A stretch of 64,000 nucleotides of DNA, taken from contig CAYWOR010000013.1 in NCBI GenBank assembly GCA_964459995.1, positions 8,007 to 72,006 on the forward strand, read 5' to 3'. Origin of the DNA: an uncultured bacterium. GTDB lineage: Bacteria; UBP14; UBA6098. The translations under genes and the position numbers were made by a program. This document shows, in pieces, positions 58,543-64,000 of the stretch. Position 1 is the first letter of the stretch. Each line of letters starts with the position of its first letter. Below the pieces are notes generated by a model. It had not been told where the DNA came from. It did not search any database and saw only the letters and a program-made list of their open reading frames with translations.

Positions 58543-58653
58543 GTGGTCAATATTAAGCTCCGGTGAGATATTTGTCAAGCTAATCGAAGGGCAATATTGT
58601 CCTTGAACTCGAATAAATAATAACCTATAATAACTGAATATCGATTGGAGACG

Positions 58654-59433
58654 ATGTTGGAAATTATAAGAAAGCAATTAGTAAAGGTTTACGACTATTT
58701 TACCCTTGTTGCGAAGGCTTTTAAAGGGTTGTTCTACCCGCCTTTTTATATGTCCGACGTTCTTCTGCACATGGAGTATATCGGCGTTCAATCTCTTCCA
58801 ATCGTGCTTTTGACGAGCGTTTTTGTCGGAATGATTCTCGCTTACCAGTCCGGTTTTGCGATGGCTGTTTTCGGTGCGAAGATGTATATCGGAACGCTGG
58901 TAAGCCTTTCGCTGGTTCGTGAGCTTGGGCCGGTGCTGGCGGCGGTTGTCGTTACAGGACGTATTGGTGCCGGTTCGGCGGCGGAGCTTGGAAGCATGGT
59001 CGTAACCGAGCAGATTTCCGCCATGCGTTCCATGGGAACCGACCCAATCAAAAAACTCGTTTCGACACGACTTCTCGCCGGAATCATTATGATACCGATG
59101 CTCGTGCTTATCGCGGATTTGATGGGTATTCTCGGCGGCGGATTTGTCGCATATTACACCTTCGGCCTCGCTCCGACATTTTACAAGAAAACAATTATCC
59201 AAACCCTCGTAGTAGGCGATATTTTGATGTCTTTCATCAAGGCGGTTTTTTTCGCGATTCTGATTATGACGCTCGGATGCTACGCCGGGCTTCATGTCGA
59301 GGGCGGAACCACCGGAGTAGGCCGTGCGACAACGCGCGCGGTTGTTCTCTCCATCGTGTCGATTCTTATCAGCGACTATTTTGTTACGGTAATACTTCTC
59401 AAGATGTTGCCGGGATTGGCCTACGGAGGTTGA
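58654..59433 (+). CDS. mlaE: MlaE family ABC permease
   Basis: RELGPV, GRIGAG.AAELGSM.VTEQI, GG..GVG.ATT. Confidence 0.93.
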   Translation: MLEIIRKQLVKVYDYFTLVAKAFKGLFYPPFYMSDVLLHMEYIGVQSLPIVLLTSVFVGMILAYQSGFAMAVFGAKMYIGTLVSLSLVRELGPVLAAVVVTGRIGAGSAAELGSMVVTEQISAMRSMGTDPIKKLVSTRLLAGIIMIPMLVLIADLMGILGGGFVAYYTFGLAPTFYKKTIIQTLVVGDILMSFIKAVFFAILIMTLGCYAGLHVEGGTTGVGRATTRAVVLSIVSILISDYFVTVILLKMLPGLAYGG

Positions 59434-59488
59434 TGTTGCGGTGTAACTTGTTGAAAAGAAATGAAACAAAGCATTCGGGGCCGGGCAA

Positions 59489-60229
59489 ATGATCGAACTT
59501 CGCGGAATATCGAAGTCTTTCGACGGCGTCCCGGTTCTCGACGATCTCGACCTGAAAATTCACGACGGCGATACACTTGTGATTATGGGAAAATCGGGTT
59601 GCGGAAAATCGGTAACGCTGAAACTTATTCTGCGTCTGATTCTTCCGGAATTCGGGGAGATTTTCGTCGATGGTGTCGAGACGATGTCGCTTCCTGAGCG
59701 GCAGATGATGGATGTTCGCAAAAAGATCGGCATGCTGTTTCAGGGCGGCGCACTTTTCGATTCGATGACAGTTTGGCAAAACCTCGCCTACCAAATGCTT
59801 GAGCACACCGATGTTTCGGTGCCGGTCATCGACCAGAAAATCACCGAGTTGTTGCATTTTGTGGGCATGGACGGCAGTCAGGAAAAATATCCTAACGAGC
59901 TTTCCGGCGGGATGCAGAAACGTGTAGCGCTGGCGAGAGCTTTGATTATGACCCCCGATTATGTCTTTTTCGACGAGCCGACCACCGGCCTCGATCCCGT
60001 AACAGCGGGCAAAATCAATAGGCTCATAATTCGGACACGCGAGGAATTCGGCGTAACATCGGTGGTGGTTACACACGACATCGTAAGCGCGCTGACCGTA
60101 GGCACGCGTTTCGCCTTTCTCGACAGCGGAAAGATATCATTCTACGGACTTAAACAGAATTTACGCGAGACCGACAATCCCGCACTGCGGGAATTTCTCA
60201 AGGATGCATCATGGCAAGAGCGGTATTAA
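59489..60229 (+). CDS. mlaF: MlaF family ABC ATPase
   Basis: GKSGCGKS, LSGGMQKRVALARA, DEPTTGLDP. Confidence 0.93.
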   Translation: MIELRGISKSFDGVPVLDDLDLKIHDGDTLVIMGKSGCGKSVTLKLILRLILPEFGEIFVDGVETMSLPERQMMDVRKKIGMLFQGGALFDSMTVWQNLAYQMLEHTDVSVPVIDQKITELLHFVGMDGSQEKYPNELSGGMQKRVALARALIMTPDYVFFDEPTTGLDPVTAGKINRLIIRTREEFGVTSVVVTHDIVSALTVGTRFAFLDSGKISFYGLKQNLRETDNPALREFLKDASWQERY

Positions 60230-61191
60230 GAACAACACCTGCGCAGAAAGCTTCGGTGGGCGGCCTTATCGTGGTCGCACTGCTGATTCTTATGGTTAGC
60301 ATAATAATTCTCGGCGGCGAGGCGGGGATTTTCTCCGAGCGATACGAGCTGATAGGGCGTTTCAAACGAATCAGCGGACTGCAATCGGGCGCGCCGGTTT
60401 GGCTGGCGGGGCAGAAGGTTGGCTATGTCTCGAACATCGAGTTTGTCAAAGCTGACGACGACACCGTTTATATCGATGTTACACTCAAAATCGATAAAAA
60501 GGTTCAGGGGCTTATTCGAAGCGATTCCGAGGCGAGAATCTCAACGTTGGGGCTTCTCGGCGATAAGCTCGTTGGCCTTTCGCTGGGCACTCAAGGCGCG
60601 AGAATCCTTCAGGACGGCGAATATGTTACAACGAACAATCCCTTGGACATAGAAGAGCTTATCAGCAAGGGGGTCGAGACTTTTGAAGACCTCTCCGAGG
60701 GCGGAAAATCTCTCAAGTCCATTGCCGCGAAGCTCGACACTGGCGACGGCACTCTCGCGCGACTTATCAACGACGACGGAATCTATGCCGACCTCGCCAA
60801 GCTTGCGGATTATTCCCAGAAAATCGCGGGGCGTATCGAGCGGAACGAGGGAACAATCGGAAGGCTTTTCAGCGATCCGGAGCTGTATGACAAAATCGTT
60901 TTCTCAGTCGAGCGCACTCAAGCGCTTATCGACACGATAGAAAGCGGAAGCGGAACGCTGGGGAGGCTTATAAAGGACCCGGCTGTATTCGAGCATATCT
61001 CGCACACCTTGGGAAATATCGATACTCTTGTCGCACGAATCGAGCATGGACAGGGCACCGCGGGACAGCTTATCTCCAGCGACCAGCTTTACAACGAACT
61101 CGCCAAGTCAGCGGCATCTTTGGATTCTCTGCTGATAGACATTCGAAGCAACCCGATGAGGTATTTCAAGGTGAAGGTAACAATTTTCTAA
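60211..61191 (+). CDS. mlaD: MlaD/MCE domain protein with helical extension
   Basis: TM, GL..GAPV..AG..VG.V, TLGLLGDK, repeated G.GTL.RLI.D..Y units. Confidence 0.9.
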   Translation: MARAVLRTTPAQKASVGGLIVVALLILMVSIIILGGEAGIFSERYELIGRFKRISGLQSGAPVWLAGQKVGYVSNIEFVKADDDTVYIDVTLKIDKKVQGLIRSDSEARISTLGLLGDKLVGLSLGTQGARILQDGEYVTTNNPLDIEELISKGVETFEDLSEGGKSLKSIAAKLDTGDGTLARLINDDGIYADLAKLADYSQKIAGRIERNEGTIGRLFSDPELYDKIVFSVERTQALIDTIESGSGTLGRLIKDPAVFEHISHTLGNIDTLVARIEHGQGTAGQLISSDQLYNELAKSAASLDSLLIDIRSNPMRYFKVKVTIF

Positions 61192-61301
61192 CCATGAAAA
61201 ACTCGCGTTACTACGCAGTTCAATCGGAACAATCGGCGATTTTCGCCCTTTATCGAACTTGATATTTTCGCGTATGAGATTATACATATAGAAACAGTAT
61301 T

Positions 61302-62531
61302 ATGGACACAAAGAATACAATACCAATGGAAATTAAAGAGCAGTTAGAGATATTGAAACATCGAGCGGTCGAGACGATCCCCGAGGATGAGCTTGTCGAG
61401 AAGCTCAAGAAATCGAAATCAACCGGAAAACCTCTTAAAATAAAGCTTGGGTGCGATCCCAGCCGTCCGGATTTGCATATAGGGCACGCGGTTGTTCTTC
61501 GGAAGCTTCGCGATTTTCAGGACCTCGGCCACGAGGCGATATTGGTAATCGGCGATTTCACCGCGATGATCGGCGATCCCTCCGGCAAGAGCAAAACACG
61601 CCCCCAGCTTACTTTCGAGGAGACCCGCGAAAACGGCAGAACCTACCTCGATCAAGCCTCTGCGATTCTCGATCCCGAGAAAACGCGAATAGTTTATAAT
61701 TCCGAGTGGCTCGATAGGATGAAATTCTCCGATGTCATCAAGCTCGCGAGCACCTACACTGTCGCGCGGATGCTCGAACGTGACGATTTCGAGAAAAGAT
61801 ATACTGCGGAAGAACCTATTAGCGTGCACGAGTTCCTCTATCCCTTGGCCCAGGCGATGGATTCTGTGGCGTTGGAGGCCGATGTCGAGCTTGGCGGCAC
61901 GGATCAGAAGTTTAATCTTCTCGTCGGAAGAGAGGTTCAGCGCGCCTATGGTATCGAGCCGCAGGTGATTATGACCATGCCCCTTTTGGAGGGCACCGAC
62001 GGCGTCCAGAAGATGAGCAAATCGCTGGATAACTATGTCGGATTCACAGATGCCCCCTCGGATAAATTCGGCAAGCTGATGAGTATTCCGGATGAGATGA
62101 TTTTGAAATATCTCGAGCTTGCGGGATTCGCGCCGGCGGAAATTGTCGAGAAAGCGCGTGCAGAGCTTGATTCCGGCATCAATCCGATGATGATTAAAAA
62201 GCAAATGGCGCGGATGGTAATCGAAATCTACGATTCCGCCGAGGCCGCGACCTCTGCGCAGGAGGAGTTTGAGCGGGTGTTCAGCCAAGGGAAAACTCCC
62301 GAGGATATCGAGACCGCGAAATATCCCCTCGGCGCGAAAATATGGATTATCGATCTTCTTAGGGAAAACTCCCTTGTCGAATCCGGCGGAGAGGCGCGAA
62401 GGATGATCAAACAGGGCGCGGTCAGTATCGACGGCGCCAGAATCGACGATCCCGAACATATCTATGAAATCGCCGGCGAATGTGTGATAAAGGTTGGCAA
62501 ACGCCGTTTCATTAAGATTCAAGCGGAATAG
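61302..62531 (+). CDS. tyrS: Tyrosine--tRNA ligase
   Basis: [18 protein letters not shown]-terminal S4 domain. Confidence 0.98.
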   Translation: MDTKNTIPMEIKEQLEILKHRAVETIPEDELVEKLKKSKSTGKPLKIKLGCDPSRPDLHIGHAVVLRKLRDFQDLGHEAILVIGDFTAMIGDPSGKSKTRPQLTFEETRENGRTYLDQASAILDPEKTRIVYNSEWLDRMKFSDVIKLASTYTVARMLERDDFEKRYTAEEPISVHEFLYPLAQAMDSVALEADVELGGTDQKFNLLVGREVQRAYGIEPQVIMTMPLLEGTDGVQKMSKSLDNYVGFTDAPSDKFGKLMSIPDEMILKYLELAGFAPAEIVEKARAELDSGINPMMIKKQMARMVIEIYDSAEAATSAQEEFERVFSQGKTPEDIETAKYPLGAKIWIIDLLRENSLVESGGEARRMIKQGAVSIDGARIDDPEHIYEIAGECVIKVGKRRFIKIQAE

Positions 62532-62555
62532 ATGGATTATTTTTCGGAGAAAAGT

Positions 62556-64000
62556 ATGAAAAGAATAGCCGCCATTTCGATAATCATAATTGCCTCGGCC
62601 CTTTTTTCCGCGGATGTCCCGGTCTCTACGGCGACTCAGAATCAAACAGAGCCTTCTTCGGCGGGCATCGGCGGCAAAACCGCGGTGGCATGGACAGACA
62701 GTAGAGCTGGCACATCGAACCTCCACATATATGGAGATATAGTCCAAAGCGACGGCTCTCTTAACGGCACAATCCCCATATGTGTGGCAACTCTTAACCA
62801 ATCCGATGTCGTGGTTGCGGGCGGCGCACAATTTTTAGTTTCCTGGATCGATAATCGCACCGGAAGCCCCCAAATATACGCTATCCAATTGAATCAAAAC
62901 GCGTCGATGGGAACAGAGTTTATATTATCCTCAAATACCGATGAAAAGGCTTTCACTGCGGCATCGAATATCGGAGACGATATAATGGTCATCTGGCAGG
63001 AAACATCGACATACAAGCGCATAAGGGGGCGAAGGGTGGCTTGGTCGGGAAGCGCTTATTCAGCCGCAGGAAGCGTTTTCGATATTTCCCCGGCGGGCTA
63101 TAACACATTTTACGCCGATATCGCGGGCGGAAGCTCGGAGTATCTCGTTGTATGGACAGACAGCTCTTTTTCTACAGGCCATAAAGTTGTTGCGCAAAGG
63201 GTAAGTTCTTCCGGCGCAATTGTTGGCGACACAACAGTTATTGCGGTCTATCCCGGTTATATTACATATGCATACCTTGGCGAACCGGCTGTAGCTTGGG
63301 ATGGAAGTCAATGGCTTGTTGTATGGCAATACACCGGCGACGGATCAGATTATAATATCTACGGCAGATATGTCAATAGTAGTGGTGTGGCTTCGGGTTC
63401 GGTTTTTAACATTGCAACAACATCGTCGAATGAAACCCGCCCGGATATCGCTTTCGACGGAATTGGCTTTTTCGTCGTCTGGCAAGCTACTATTGATTAT
63501 TATCCAAACATCTTTGGAGCCAGAGTTATCGGAACTTCTGTGGGAACAATCGAAGCTCTTTCCGAAGGCGGATATCATAATGAACAATATCCCTGTATTA
63601 GCTGGAATGGCTCGTATTACGATCTTTTTTGGCAAGATAACCGAATCAGCGGAAGCAGTTGGGACATCTATATGAGCCGTTGGGAGCAAACGCCCTGGAA
63701 CGGCCCCACCGCGACCCCAATTCGCCCGCCGGACAGAAGCGGCTCGACATGCCTTCGCCAGGAAGCGGTGATGTTCCTTCACGACGACGACGGAATCAAC
63801 ACCTCGACTATCCAATTCAATGCAAACGGCACGAATGTGGGAATCGGCGACCCGCGGCTTACCTATGTCAACGATACACTTCGCTTTGCGCCAACAACCG
63901 ATTGGCCGCAGAATACTTGGCTGTCGATGTGCCTCAACCGCGCCGAAGACATGATGGGAATCGACATTGTATCGCCTGTCTGCTGGGAATTCATGGTTGA
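62556..64000 (+). CDS. Large secreted beta-propeller-like repeat protein (3'-truncated; absent from ORF track)
   Basis: ATG at 62556 after GGAG, frame open to window end: MKRIAAISIIIIASALFSA signal; repeated P.(I/V)A..G..(Y/F)LVVW.D...IYG.RV units. Confidence 0.85.
   Translation, partial: MKRIAAISIIIIASALFSADVPVSTATQNQTEPSSAGIGGKTAVAWTDSRAGTSNLHIYGDIVQSDGSLNGTIPICVATLNQSDVVVAGGAQFLVSWIDNRTGSPQIYAIQLNQNASMGTEFILSSNTDEKAFTAASNIGDDIMVIWQETSTYKRIRGRRVAWSGSAYSAAGSVFDISPAGYNTFYADIAGGSSEYLVVWTDSSFSTGHKVVAQRVSSSGAIVGDTTVIAVYPGYITYAYLGEPAVAWDGSQWLVVWQYTGDGSDYNIYGRYVNSSGVASGSVFNIATTSSNETRPDIAFDGIGFFVVWQATIDYYPNIFGARVIGTSVGTIEALSEGGYHNEQYPCISWNGSYYDLFWQDNRISGSSWDIYMSRWEQTPWNGPTATPIRPPDRSGSTCLRQEAVMFLHDDDGINTSTIQFNANGTNVGIGDPRLTYVNDTLRFAPTTDWPQNTWLSMCLNRAEDMMGIDIVSPVCWEFMV

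Noticed and set aside
61419-62831. 470-aa minus-strand ORF
   Set aside because: Antisense shadow of tyrS and the next gene; no motifs

Overview
Gene-dense bacterial chromosomal segment, standard genetic code, about 70 CDS. It is probably from an anaerobic diderm of the FCB supergroup or a related candidate phylum. This is inferred from superoxide reductase, rubrerythrins, butyrate kinase, MlaEFD, and secreted proteins ending in a 'PNPFN' FlgD/T9SS-like C-terminal domain. Housekeeping genes: lysC (partial), asd, hisS, cysS, tyrS, coaD, glnA, accB/accC, cdsA, rsmI, corA, trxB and ssrA (tmRNA, tag ARNADYDYAMAA). Other content: a Fur/PerR-headed oxidative-stress operon, two aconitase-family large subunits with one small subunit and a beta-decarboxylating dehydrogenase, two RelE-type toxin-antitoxin pairs, and several large unexplained surface proteins. 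No CRISPR array, rRNA, tRNA, integrase or transposase was seen. The most unusual signals are: (i) a non-coding hotspot at 50.5-52.1 kb with GTAG-REPs, a candidate structured RNA, a 17-bp duplication and a ~21-bp-periodic array; (ii) a TA cassette bounded by 28-bp direct repeats at the ssrA 3' end; (iii) recurrent leaderless-gene architecture; (iv) a sigma54-like site, a sigma70 promoter and a palindromic operator stacked ahead of the redox operon; (v) a PilT ATPase embedded between accB and accC. No clearly novel multi-gene system could be proven from sequence alone.
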